Assembly: GCF_009834535.1 (NCBI RefSeq) | Contig: NC_045696.1 | Span: 83,950,001 to 84,014,000, forward strand | Direction: 5' to 3' | DNA: 64,000 nucleotides | From: Camelus ferus | Taxonomy: Eukaryota | Program-made: the position numbers and the translations under genes | Part shown: positions 13,442-26,599 of the stretch, in pieces | Layout: every line of letters begins with the position of its first letter | Numbering within the stretch: position 1 is the stretch's first letter | Notes under the pieces: generated by a model | Databases searched by the model: none | Seen by the model: the letters and a program-made list of their open reading frames with translations, nothing else | What the model was told of the DNA's origin: nothing

Positions 13442-13524
13442 TATTAGGTCGAATCTTGTGAAACTGACATTTTTGTAAGTCCAAGTGGTCAGATATTGGT
13501 AACTTCATATGCTTCAACCTACTA
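13442..13524. mobile_element. MADE2-like mariner MITE (~80 bp palindrome)
   Basis: tattaggtcgaatc...catttttgtaagtccaagtggtc...ttcatatgcttcaacctacta; degenerate TIRs with TA ends. Confidence 0.75.
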
Positions 13525-15289
13525 CTTACTGAGCATTTATTGTGTGCTGGGCTAAAGGTTAGAATTTCCCTGATACTAACATATTAATGCTACTTGAAAA
13601 TATCCACCTGTTAACTCTATTTATAAACCTGCCACACACACACGGTAATAGGGGATTTCTAAAAGCACTTTGGTTTCCTCTTCCTGTTCATCACTGTGAA
13701 TGACTGAAAAAGCAACTTGTAATTTTTACTGCCAAGTGTGGGCAAACAAGTAAAACATAAGTATGTAGACATAAAGGGCTCTATGAAAGTATTCTGGTTT
13801 CGCTTCCCTGTAATTTTCAGAACAACATTTACAATATAGTAACAGCTTCAGGAAGTGTGTAGAAAGATGAATCAAGGAAATCAGCCAATGTTACTGTTGT
13901 ATCGGCAAAAAAATAAAATAAAAATAAAAGTTAAGGGAGATAGTATACTTTTCCACTTTTGCCACAAGACAGAGTTAAACGACTCCAAACAGTAATCAAC
14001 CTCTCATTTTCAGAGATCTGTAGAGGTCTGGGTTTAATTCTTTTCTTCTGAATGTCTTCCAAGTCTAGTAGTCCTCACTATAAGAAAGTGTCCCTTATCA
14101 AGCTCCTTACATAGCACCTTAAGGCTTTTCCCATCATTGGATGGGTAAAATTGGAGGGCTATCTCAAGGGTCTTATGTCGTGAGCATCATTGCTCACTGC
14201 CCTGGCACTCTGCCCTGGTTAGGGTGCAGCTCTCTTCTGAGTGGACTACTGAAAGCACCAGAAGAGTCTGATGAAGTGCAGGCAAGGATACTGGCTTCTC
14301 GTTTTGTTAACCTGTGGGCTGCTTCTTATATATCTTAAGCATTGTTAAAAGCTAAAGCTAGTTGTGTCAGAGAAATTTCAGAGAATACCTTTCTGACTCC
14401 AAGCTATGTGTCGCAGTCCATTCTGCAGATGAGACTTGTCTAAAAGTAAACTGGAATAGAATGAAATCATTCTCCCAACTTAGATTTTTAAAAGATACAG
14501 ATAATTGACCTTGCAGAGAATGACTGAATGATGGGCATCCTGAGCCTCACAGATTTTACACCATAACAGAGCTGTATAATTACATTTTAAATATACAGTT
14601 TTATAGCCCCAGTGAGAAAAACAATGAGAGGCAAAGCTGAGCTCGAGACAAGTGCACGAGGGGCCACCCAAACAGAATGGGATATGGTGCCTATGTTCTC
14701 ACTTCTGGTGTTGCTTGAGGGTCTACATGTGATGGCTTGGCTGGGAGCTTGAAGACTAGGGCACTGTTACCACAATTCAAGAATGTGATAGGAATATCTA
14801 AGTTTTAAAATGAAAAAGGAAATTCTTCCTTTCTGTAAAATACATCTTTTGACCTCAATTTTCTCCCCAGGGACCAATTAATTTATGGAATTCTAGAGCT
14901 GAAATAACAACATAATGGATCTGGTATCTGGATAGGCTACAATTCATTACTAATTCTCATAACAAGCTGGAAGGTAAATGAAGGTAACCTCGTTTTGTAG
15001 GTTAGGAAACTGAAACCTAGTGAGTTTAAGACATGTTTACCATGTTCATAAGTTTACTAAGAAGTAGAAAGGGGATCTGGACTTTTGCCTGAAGGCGTCA
15101 GTCTCTTGTTACTTTTACTATGCCATGCTACACATGATGGGCAGGAATTCCCTCTACAAGACTGACGCTGCTTGAATTCTGTGCGCCAAACAATGTGACA
15201 GCAGGCTTTAAACAGAAAGGATCTCAGTGGGGATCTTAACCTGTTATATAATGCATTATAATCCTTAAACTTCTTTAACTAAAGAAAGT

Positions 15290-15815
15290 TAAATGGGTAA
15301 AACCTTCCTGGAGTACAAATTCAGAAAGTATGAAAAGGCATATAGTGAAGATTCTCTTTCCCACACTCTCTTGTCCCTTAGTCAGTGAATTTCTCTTGGT
15401 GAAACCAACCAACATTATCTTCTGGAGATATCTTATACATATATAGTTCCCCTTGTCTTAGAGAAATAAAAACATAATATACACACACTGGTTTGCAACC
15501 TCATTTTTTCATTTAGCAACATATCTGGGAAACTATCATTACATAAAGAACTTATTTTTTTTTAATCATCTTCACAGCATTTCACTGCATGGATATGCCA
15601 TAATTTACTTAATTAGTCTACTACCAATGGGAATTTAGATTATTCTAATCTTTGGCTATTACAAATAATGAGGCAATGAGTAATTTCAGAAATACATCAT
15701 TTCACAGGTGTGCAATTATCCCTGCAGGGTAAATTCCTAGAAATTAAATTGCTAGGTCAAAAGGTACAAGTACTTGTAATTTTGATAAATATTGCCAAAC
15801 TGTTCTCCATAGAGA
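15290..15815 (-). mobile_element. Ancient L1 (L1ME/L1MC-like) 3' region
   Basis: ggatatgccataatttacttaat...tttggctattacaaataatg...taaattcctagaaattaaattgctaggtcaaaaggtac is typical reversed L1 3' sequence. Confidence 0.75.
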
Positions 15816-15819
15816 TTCT

Positions 15820-17250
15820 ATTATTAAAAATCCAAAGGAACACTCTCAGAAAGAAATAAGGAAGATCTACGCAAAAGAAAAATTCAAACGCTGCTAAGAA
15901 AGACACCAAAAAAGACTAGAATATTTCATCTCCTATTGTAGTAATTGTCTACCTAAAATAAGGACAGATGAACTTGTTCAACACCATGGGGGTACAATCA
16001 GCGAGACCTGAATGGTGGGAAACTCCACAGGACAACTGATTCAGCTTCAACAAATAAAATGTAGAAATAAAGGGCAGTGAGAGGCAGGGAGACAGATGGC
16101 TTTAAAAAGATTTGAGAGACAATCAACAAATTGCAATGTTTGGACTTTATCTGAATGCTGATTGAGGTAAACAAACTGTAAAAATCATTTATAGTATTGT
16201 GAGACAACCGGGGGAAAAATCAGGATAAATGGAAATTGATCTTATTCTTAACTTGAAATATTCAATATCAAAAGATATCAGTCCTCCCTATATTACGTTA
16301 TACATTTAATACAATTTCAGTAAAAATAACAACTTAAGAATTAGAGAAGCTATTTTAAAGTTTATGTAGAAAAAGTTAGAAAGCAGGAATAGCAAGAAAA
16401 AACAGTGATGAGATTCTAAAATACATTAAAAAGCTATAATAATTAGAACAGGGTGGTGAAAAAATATAATCTGGTTTATGATAAAATCACATCAAATCAC
16501 AGCATATCAAATGCGTGGAGTAAAAGATTATTGAGTAAGTGGTAACTAGTGTTAGAAGAGCAGAGTATCCATGTATTAAAAAATAAAGAAGATGAATACT
16601 TTGTGCTTTAAATCAAAATAAGTTCCAGATGGATTAAAAGTGAAAGCTGAAACTTTAATTCCAGGTAGAAATCATAGGAATTTTGAAACATATTCATAAG
16701 TAAATATATTTTTGCATATATATATATGGTTCATATATACAAACATATCTGTGTATACACATATATATATTCTACATGTCTAGGTTATGTATATTTACAT
16801 TGTTATTGTGTATTATTTATATACTTTTTCTATATCTATTATACACACATATGTACTAGACACACAGTGTTAAAAGGGAGAAGGCCCAAGTGTGACAAAG
16901 ACCCAGGAGCCATTAAAGAAAAGATTAATAAATTTTACTATACAAAAACTTAAAATCTGCACAGCAAAAACCATATGAGTAAAGTCATAGGGTGAAACTT
17001 AAGTTATGACCCTTCTGACAAACTGAAAAATCTTAAATTACAGTCTAAGGGATAATTTCTTTACCCTACATGAAACCTCCATAAATCAATAAACCCAACA
17101 AAAATCCTGTAGAAAAATAGGCAGAGAATATGAATAAGGATTTTACCGAAAAGGATTTTAAATATCTCTTAAACGCATAAAGATATGGTTGAACTTTTCT
17201 ATAATTATTAATTATATTAATTATAGTAAAATTACCCTGAGGTACCGTTA
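15820..17250 (+). mobile_element. Ancient L1 ORF2/3' fragments, interrupted by an AT-rich (TA/CA) low-complexity tract at ~16700-16860
   Basis: A-rich L1-like motifs (aaaataagttccagatggattaaa; ccattaaagaaaagattaataaatttt; gtagaaaaataggcagagaatatgaata), plus an L1MC/ME 3'-like piece at ~16000-16230. Confidence 0.65.
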
Positions 17251-18244
17251 CTTATTTATCGGACTGATGAAAGGCATACTAAGGCCTAAAGGACGCAAAC
17301 CTGACATAAGGCCTTAAAGTCTAGGACCACTTACTACAGGTGCATTGCTTAACGAAAGTCAGGGTATCACTGCAGGGCTCCGTGTTGGATATTCATAATG
17401 GTGCCCTTGAACCATCTCAAAAATATTAATTTATTCTGTTTGGTGGATTCTGGAGGAGTGTATGTAACATATGTTAGATAAACTACCTAAGCCATCGGAA
17501 AGAGAACACAAGGATATTTACCAGGATACAGTGCAGTTGTCTTTTTCTAGGCATAATAAAAACAAATTCCTCCTTGGACACAGCTAACTATGACATTACT
17601 GTAGGTTAAAAGACAAATAATCAGTTATCATTGGTGTGCTTTTGTTTTTAACCCACGAGTCATGTTTTCTAGCCTTCAACCATTCTGAACTGAGTAGTCT
17701 CTAACCTACCTTACGACCGTTTACAAAAGAATAGTTTTGTGGGTTTATGATGTGATCGTAGAACACAGCCACATGTCATATTTCAAAATTACTTGCCTTC
17801 GTGTCATGATGTTAACGGAATGAAATGATGTGCATATCTGAATCTGCATGGCCTAGTAATGGCAGCAGCCAGCACCATCTGCTGATGGCTTTCCTTTGCG
17901 TCTGTGGCAGGAAGGCTCTCCGTGGTCAGTTTCCTTTTTGGTTGTTGCTCTTTGCTGTTCCTCACTTTTTAGCCATGTAAATGGATGACATTTTAAAACT
18001 CTGTGTTTTTTGCAATGAAGCTACTAGGCAACAAAAGGTGTCCTCGGGGGGTGAGTTATTTTAGGATTGAGACTCTAGCATGATTAGATAGCGCGTGTGT
18101 AGCCTCTAAGGATCATTAATATCATTAATGTGAGGCAAAAGTCCTAGAATAAATGGCTTCTGAATAATTTATTCAGAATGACATGACTTTAAAATGTTTT
18201 TATAACCTATTATTAAAAAGGAAGACGAGAAAACTATTTCTCTA

Positions 18245-18412
18245 AATCAGCACTTGTCACTGTGCGGTCTGCATCAGAATTTCCTAGGAGGTGGTGAAAA
18301 TGCAGGTTGGGGCCACATCACCAAACTCTTGAATCAGAAATTCTAGACACGAACCCCGATTGCCTGTGTTTTTAAGAGAGATTTCAGGACGCAATCAAGT
18401 GTGAAAACCAAG
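18245..18412. mobile_element. MER5-like hAT-Charlie relic
   Basis: ctgcatcagaatttcctaggaggtggtgaaaatgcagg...tgaatcagaaattctag...ctgtgtttttaag. Confidence 0.7.
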
Positions 18413-18574
18413 TTGTTACGATACCAACTAGAAGACGCCTGTCAGTAAAACTGAGGTTAAAACAAGGCAGCAGTGGAGTGAGAGGAACGGGGATGGAGCA
18501 CTAATTACAGACAAGGCATTTCACACATCAGCTCATTTATTCCTCTACAATCTAGTGGCTGTGATTTTTACATT

Positions 18575-18845
18575 TGTTTCTAGGACTATTGTTTAATATC
18601 CACCTCCTCCCTAGACCTTAAGCTCCATTGAAGGCAGGAATCACATCTGTCTCACTCAGGACCATCTGGGCTTGGCCCATTGCTTGGCCTAAATCTGCCC
18701 TGAACATTTGTTGAGTGATGATTTAGGTATATTATGTCCGCTTACAGGTGAGCAAACTGAGATGTGGAGAGGGTAGACAGCCCAAGGCCTCTCAGATGAT
18801 AGTGAGTGGAAGGTCCTTCAGGGCTGGCTTCAAACCCAGCCCCCT
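18575..18845. mobile_element. L2 3' end followed by a MIR fragment
   Basis: ctagaccttaagctccattgaaggcaggaatc...aacatttgttgagtga, then ttacaggtgagcaaactgag...cccaagg...ttcaaacccag. Confidence 0.65.
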
Positions 18846-18999
18846 TCCCTCATCATGGGGCATTCAGTTTGGTGGTAGAGGGGACCTATACTAACTTTAC
18901 CTGTTAAACACTCAAATCCTCAAAAACCCCTGTAATGGAGTTTACTTAGAAAATAAAATAAATTCCATGGTGTTTTAGAATGTGTTAATATCCCAGAAA

Positions 19000-19730
19000 A
19001 AAAAAAAAAAGCTCAGCATAAGGGGATAAGAGAGTAAGGGAGTATGAAGGACTATCACAATTTTTATATAAAAAGATAAGAAGGGCTTCACTGAATAGGT
19101 GATTTTTTTGAACACAGGCTGCAAGGAAGAAGCAAGCCACTGATAACTGGGGTCAGAGGCCAGGGATCAGCAAAGTACACGTCTGAGGAAGGAGGGTGTC
19201 TTTTTAGTCCAAAGATCAGTGAGAAGCCAACACAGCTGGAATGAGAGGGTGGGGAGGAAAGGGAGTGAAAGCCTGATCAGAGTGAGTTACCGGAGGACGG
19301 GAAGAGTGGATTCAGAACAAAGACAACTCTTAGGAAGAACAGAGAAATCGGGCAGTAGCTGGGTGAAGAAGGGGTTGGTCACGAGAGGGTTTTCTTTGTT
19401 TGTTTGCTTAAGGTAGGAGAAAAAACAGGATGCTTGTTTTCCAGTAGCAATGCATCAGGAGAGAGGGGGATGGGTGACTCAGGAGAGAGGAGCACTGCAG
19501 GAGTGGGGCTGTGAGGACAGAAGGCTGAGAACCGGGCACAGGAAGGGGGATGGCCTTAGAAGCACAGACAGTTCATTGACAGAACAGGAGAAAAGGCGAA
19601 GTACACGGTGCTATTGGTGGGGACCGGTGGGGGGGGGGGCGTCCAAGTCTTTGGATAGGTTCCCTTTTCTCCATGAAAAAGGGTGCAGGTCATCAGTTGA
19701 GAACAAGGCTGGGAGCAGGTGCTAAAGAAG
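19000..19730 (-). mobile_element. Degenerate L2-like purine-rich segment(s)
   Basis: agaagggcttcactgaataggtgattt...gcaaagtacacgtctgagg and downstream G/A-rich sequence typical of reversed L2. Confidence 0.45.
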
Positions 19731-21949
19731 CTGCCTTCAGAACATTTTTCACTGCATTCTACTCATATAGAAGCACTGCACTTGGTATTTCTGCTTAAAC
19801 ATATGGAAATATCTTATGTGTGTACTCCTGCCAACGCAGTGTTACTCATCTTTGGTGAGAATTAGCTTGGAAAGTAAACTCTGCAAGTAATGAATTTTGA
19901 AAAATAAATTAATACAGACTGAAAACCTTCTCCTCTGCTCCCATTTGTATTGCAAATTTATTCTCCCCAAATTATTTCGTGTTCTGAATGTCACTGAGAA
20001 ATTTAGTAGATCGCTGAGCTGCACCCCAGAAGTGGGTTTCCAACCATAATTTAATCGGAAGGGTCGTAACTAAGTTTCACCATATGGGGCTGCCAGATGT
20101 AATCAATGCAATATGTGTTTGAAGAAGACATTATTGAGTGTCAAAGAACATTTTATAAGCAATGAAAGCTATCATTTATGCAACAGAAATGACTCTAATG
20201 TCTTATGATATTAGGACATCAGTAGAATACACAAGTGTTAGAGTTAATGTAGAACAAGTAATTTGGCTGAAAGATAGCATACTATTTAAAGACAGACATA
20301 AGTCTGATAATAATGGTATTACTCACCATTCCTCTACCCTCCCATATCAATCAAATCTGTAAGGCTGACACAGCCTGAAATTTTTATACCAATGCAACTG
20401 ATGATACAACTGGAAATTCACACATTTGGGAATTTTGTTTTATTAACAGAGAATCTGGGCAAATTCCTCAGCCATAAAGTAGAGGCCCATAAAGTTTTCA
20501 ACCTGGAGCCAATGAATGGTTTAACAAACTAAAATTGGCATCACTGAATTTCAGCTTGTTATTTGGATTCTTAAAAGTCTCAAAGCTCTTGCAATTCAGT
20601 AGCTAATCTTGCAACTGATAAACTTAACAAAACCTGTGATCCCCAATGTCTATTATTTGAATGTCTGAAATCAGGCTCAGAACAAAAGATCACAACTGCA
20701 TAAACCATACAAAAGGCACTGTCTTCTCCCCTTCCAGGTCAGGTTGAAGAGGTTCTTGTATAAGCAAAGAGTCCCACTGCCCTAACTGTGCATCAGTAGT
20801 AGCTGTTGCACTAGTATTAAATCTTGCTCAAACACAGATGCGTATGTTATATATGCCACCAAAACAATGACACTCCAAGCTAAAGATTCAAGACCATCCA
20901 CCGTACAGAGAATCATCATCTGGCCTTACTCTTCCTGAACCTGGCTACAGTTATTTGCAGAATTGCGATGAATGAATCTTAGATTTGAATACCTTAAATC
21001 CCCACAATGCTGAGTTCATTCATCCCCCTCGTGGGCTAATCCGAACACGTGTGGGAAACCAGCGAAGGAAAGGCAAACTCAGATAATTTGAACTGTGTAA
21101 TGTGTGGTCAGATTAGATAAATTCAAGAGAGATATTCCACTTAAGGGGTTTAGCAGGTTAAAAGTTGTAAAGCAGTCAAGTCTATGCACACATGCACAAT
21201 TTGGAGCCAAGCTCCCAGAACTGAAGAATTCCCTGTTGCCAGCTGCAGAATTTAAGCTGAGACAGTATGTTCAACCCAGGGACATGGTGTGATAGGATTA
21301 GAGGCCACACTTGTTCTCTGGTCAGTTACTTTCTGCTGCTCTGGTGCCAGAACAGTGTGGGATGCTGCATTCCAAAGCCAGGCAGGTGCATCTTCTCTTG
21401 ACATGAGTTACCCAGCCACGCTTCCCTGGTATCCTTATAACTTTGGTAAGATCCGACTTATGGCACCACACAGAGGAACTGATAAGGCCAGTCAGCTGGA
21501 CCACAGAGACGGATGGGCAACAAGACTAATTTAAGCTTGCCAGTGAAGCAGAATGCAGGTAAATTCCAAAACAATTCCCAAAGCAAAGTTACTGTGAAGT
21601 TAAAATTTACTTTTAAACAGCAATCTCGAAGTAGCCTTTCACTGGTGATGGCTGCTAAACGTTTATAGAGAAGTAAATGAAGGAGCCTCGAGGATGCTGG
21701 GCTCCAAGGCCAGTTCTGGTGCGCTTCTGCTGCCGTCTTTACAGGCCAGGTTATCACCCTCCCTGCTCAGAATGATGTCCCTACCTTTTTTTACCTGTCT
21801 AGCTTCTCATTGAAGGTGGCCTCCGCAAAGTAATTTTCATTTTTGTATGCATAGTGTTCAGTGTGGGGTCTTGACCAGAAAATTCTAAACAAATGTTTGT
21901 TGAATAAAGAGAGCGATAACTATGTTTATGGAATATGGATGAAAACCGG

Positions 21950-22150
21950 ATTAAGAGTGAGAAGTCTTGAACTTGAGCTTTCACTGCACTCCTCACTGAT
22001 GGAAAATCTTTTACTCTTGCTGGAACTCTGTTTCCAAGTCTGTAAAATGGGAGTAATAACGCCTTCTCCTTCTTCTTTGTGAAGGAGCTATGAGAAAGAA
22101 GCTGCTGTAGCAAGGACAACGGCACCTAACAGAATACATGGCTCTATAAT
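21950..22150 (+). mobile_element. MIR SINE relic
   Basis: ctctgtttccaagtctgtaaaatgggagtaataac MIR core. Confidence 0.65.
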
Positions 22151-22299
22151 GGTGGCCCTTGGGCAAATCACAGAAATGACAGGCATCTATTTCCTGTGTC
22201 AGGTGAGGATCATAAACACTCTCCTATTTCTTAGCAGTCTTTATAAAAGGCCATTCAAATATCAGAAAATTTTAGAGGCTTTTTATTTAGTTTTTTAAA

Positions 22300-22895
22300 G
22301 TTTTAATTTTGAAATTTTAGTCTTGAAATAATTTTAGACTTAGAAACTGAAAAAAAGTAGAAAGTATTCCCATGTACTCTTCACTTATTTTCCCCAAATG
22401 TTAACATCTTACTTATGACTGATGCACAATGATCTAAACCAGGAAATTAACACTGATGTAATACTATTAACTGACCTGTAGACCTTGTTCAAGTTTTTCC
22501 CATTAGTCCACCAATGTCCTTTCCCTGATCCTGGATTCTATCCAGGTTCCCACATTGCATTTTGCGGTCATGTCCCCTTAAGCTTCCTCCAGAGTTTAAA
22601 AAAGCCATTTTGTCAGTGAATATATTAAGAATATACAAATATCCTAAACTTTTGGCCACTAATTTTAACATTCATTGATTATTGCCAAATGGTGATTTTC
22701 CTACTTCTGTCACTCTCTCTACATTCACCAACTAGACTTGTACTGTAAGGAAGAGCTATGCTTTGTCTCGTTTTTATTAATGTATTCAAGTTGTTTATTT
22801 GTATGAGTATGGACTCAGAGATATTTATTTCATTCTATGCATAATACTCCAGTGCTATCATTATCATTTGTTTTATTTCTCAAATTGTTCCAGGT
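22300..22895 (-). mobile_element. L1MC-like 3' end relic
   Basis: gaaataattttagacttagaaa...ttccccaaatgttaacatcttac...aggaaattaacactgat...atccaggttcccacattgcattt. Confidence 0.75.
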
Positions 22896-23283
22896 ATGTT
22901 ATGGCCTTTTTAGATGGTTCAACTTACACAGATCAATGTCTTGCTAAAAATCAGTCCACCCCAAGAAATTCCTGTTTGCAGATGCGGCATAGGAGAAAAA
23001 AATTAAAATGTATAGCTAGAGAAGAAAAAATGTCTGGGGTATGAAGGACACAGGGTACTGAATCCATCCAGATCCTGGCAGCTCCAAGAATGAAGACAAA
23101 AGAGTTATAAGAATACCGAAGCTCAGGGTACTGTGCTGAATATACCTGACATTTATACTCCGGCTGGAGATTTGGCCATCTGGCAGTTGGCATGAAGGGT
23201 GTTAAGAGACATTTATATCTGTGGGTTATCTGAATATAGAGAGGCCAGCCAGAAGCATAATTACAAAGTTCAATAACTGTATC

Positions 23284-23284
<1 letters not shown>

Positions 23285-23315
<31 letters not shown>
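23285..23315. repeat. (TG)n microsatellite
   Basis: About 15 TG units. Confidence 0.95.
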
Positions 23316-23316
<1 letters not shown>

Positions 23317-26300
23317 GGGGGCAGGAAGAAATTAAGCTATCACCAGTTTAGGCTACTATAATGAGAGAACTTTTTGAAAAAGGTAAAATCAACCTTGAAT
23401 ATGATTTGTATAACACAAATCCCTGTGCAACAGACAGGTGATCATGTTTGTTCATAAAAGCACTTATTAATTCATCACACAGACTCACACTCTGAACATT
23501 TAATACGTCCCTAGCACTGTGCAAACACCACGGCTATAAGCAACAATTAAACACTGTCTTCAATGACCTTGCAGTTCAGTGGAAGAGTTCCTTTCAAAAA
23601 GGCGGAATGTTCCAGGTGGTATTAGAAAAAGCTTGGGGCTTCATCAGTAAAATGGGAGAGTTGGTCTTTGATCTTCAAGACTTTTTCCCACCCTAAAGTC
23701 ATTTGATACTGTAATTCACGAACTTGATTATTTAAAAATTACTGCTTAATGTGCCTTTCTCTCAAAATATCCTAATCAGTAATAGATGCACTTTACTCTT
23801 TCATAAATCCTTTGTAGCTGTTTAAATACTTACTGAATCTCACAGAGGTGATTCCCTACGGGTAGAAAATCTCATTTACATACAGTCACCAACTCTATTT
23901 TTCACACAGAGGCTTAGACTTGGGACATAATGAAGAGTCAGCTGAGACTCAGAATACATTATTTTTTAAAGTAGGAGGCAGACAGTTGGTTGCATATTGC
24001 AGTTACTTAGTTTTCTTGTCTTTTGATTAATGGAAATCAAATAGCTAATCTAAATAATTTTAGTGGTGGATAGAAATTGCTTTCACGGCTATGACTGCCA
24101 TATCAATTACAAGGCGCATATGCTGCTCTACATCTTCTAAAATAAGAAAAATGCCTTATCTTATGGCTGATAGCCAGATATACTTACTTGGAAGTTTAAT
24201 TAAGAAAACAATTTTAGATAATCTGCAGCACATGCTTGTTTTATTAGCTAATAATATGGGCTTTAAGTTTATTAACCTAAATATAAACTACAACAGTAGC
24301 GCTAGAATCTGAGAGAATACAGAGAGGTAGAAAAATAGACGAAAATCAAGAGTTTTTTTTTTAAAAAGACTGCTTACACCATAATATCAGATTTGCATTT
24401 TATATTTACTGCAATTCCAAGTAAGAACAGTCAGTGATATCGGTCTGGACTGTACAAGGTTTCAGTACTAACTACGGCCTCTTATGATTCCCTCTCCCCC
24501 AACCTCTAAATCTAAAATAACAGGTCTTTTCACGAAGCATGGCTATACCGCAGTGGGCATCATCTGAAGGAGTCTAGGACCGTCATTTCACTGTTTAAAA
24601 ACAAGAACTGATTTTCACTTGCAAATAGACTTTAAAATATTGAATTTACCAGTATCCTTGGTTACTTGCCAATCCTAAATCAGAGGTGAAGGTATGTTGC
24701 AGATAAAAATCTGAACTTTAGAATAAAAGAGGTCAGGTTAGAGCGATCACCTTAGTACCATGTGCTTTCTTTGTTTCTTAATCGAAAAGTACTTCCAGGC
24801 TATCATCCTGAAATGTATTGTGGATTAAGAAGTACCATTTCCCCTGCTATAGATAAACTTATGAAAAGCAGATGTGGGGTTGTACGTGTAACGCTTCTGG
24901 TAGAGGGGTGGCCCAGTAACCTGCTGGGAGAGTTGAAAGACTACAGTAAAAGTGGAGCGGGAATTGGATTTGTTGAATGAATATGTTTTGGGAATATCAG
25001 TCCAGACACAGAATGGGCGTGCTGAGCTGCCTGCAGCTGTAGGGAAGGGTTTTCAAAGGTGTTTGTAAACAGCAGGAAAGGAGGAAAAGAAGTAACTCGG
25101 GGAGGCCAACTAGGTGGTCAGTAAGAGGGAAAGAGAAAGTGCTAGTGGGAACCCAGGAAGCCAGCAGCAGACGGGGCTGCAGGGACATGGCCAGGCTCAG
25201 CTTAGCTCTAACCTAAACTGGACCCGCAGACCAGCAATGGAAGATTGAGAAATCCTGAAGTAGAACGAAGTGGAAGGACTTAGCTAATCAAATCCGAGAG
25301 CACTGCAGCTTAGCAGCTGCAAAATGAATTCTGCTGTAACTAAACGAAGAGTGAGGCTGTGTTCAATTAATGTCCCTTCTTGAATGCAGCTCTGCTGGAA
25401 GTAGTTTTACTTCTAATGGGCTAATCTGGTTAGTGACACTCCCAGTGTGTCCCAAAGATGTGTAAATTCAGATTTTGCCCTGTAGTTTCCTTTAAGCCAG
25501 GTCATAAACTTTCATGTTATTCTATGTTGACATTTAAAAGATTCAAATTTGAACATCCTCCGTAGACTATAGAAAGCACAGCTTTATGCTAGAAACTGAA
25601 ACTTATGAAAATATATGCCCCAAAGAAGTAGGGCACTTAGAATTGCTTAATATTTCAATTGCATAAACAATCCAAAATGCTTGTAAACATTTTACAATCA
25701 TAGACCAGCAGAGGGCTTTAAGAGGTACTTTGATCTATTCTGACTGCTCAAGTCGTCCCTCCACAGCCCAAGGTCTGGCGGTAATACGTGATTCCATTGG
25801 TTGATGAATTCTCACTTCCCCTATTTCTGGGATTTGTGGACATCCTGTGGTGATTCTAACCCTCATCCCTCTCTCCCTCCTGGATTTCATGCCTAATTAA
25901 CTGATATAAAATTGATTGCAGAGCTCACAAATTCTTAAACTGAAATAACACAAAGGTAAATGTGGCATGACTGAGTCTCTTCCAACCAGTCATTGAGAAT
26001 ATAAATATTTCCCTTGAAAAAGGAGCTTGAAGTAAGGTTAACACATGATTATGGAGAGTTAAGACATTTATTGTCTCCTCCCCCTCCTTTCAAAAAAGTT
26101 GATGGGCAAGCAACTGTTTTTAAAATTAAATCCAAAATAAGATACCTAGAGGAACACTTTAACAAGCGGACATTCTGATATGTCTGACCTATAGAAAGAC
26201 AGTAAGTAGCATCACTATACAATCATTGCACAGTTTCTTTTTTTTTTTTTTTTAAGTAGTTTTGCCTTGGCGAAAATTTGTTTGACAGTCCTTTGATAGA

Positions 26301-26599
26301 GAGCCTTCTTTTATCAGTTGTTATTCCAGTGACATTGGTTGTAGGGAAGATTTAGGCAAGTGTTTCCCAACCTTTGCTTCAACACATCTGAAGAATATAA
26401 TACACTCGAAACAGCCACTCTGCAGTAGGCTGTGGAGGTGAGGTGCATGTGTGAGCAGCCTGGGAAAAGCTATGGAGGTTATTCTCATGTACCCACCTCA
26501 CCGCCCCCATTCTCAATCTGAATGGGTGCCCAAGGCTTTTGAGAATCACTGGTGTAAAAAGAGATCAAAATTATGATTTGAAAAAAGGCATTAGCGTTT

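Noticed and set aside
17264..17292. CTGATGA followed by an AGGC...GCCT stem (hammerhead ribozyme-like)
   Set aside because: The stem is followed by AAAG rather than the required GAAA, and no stems I/III are evident.
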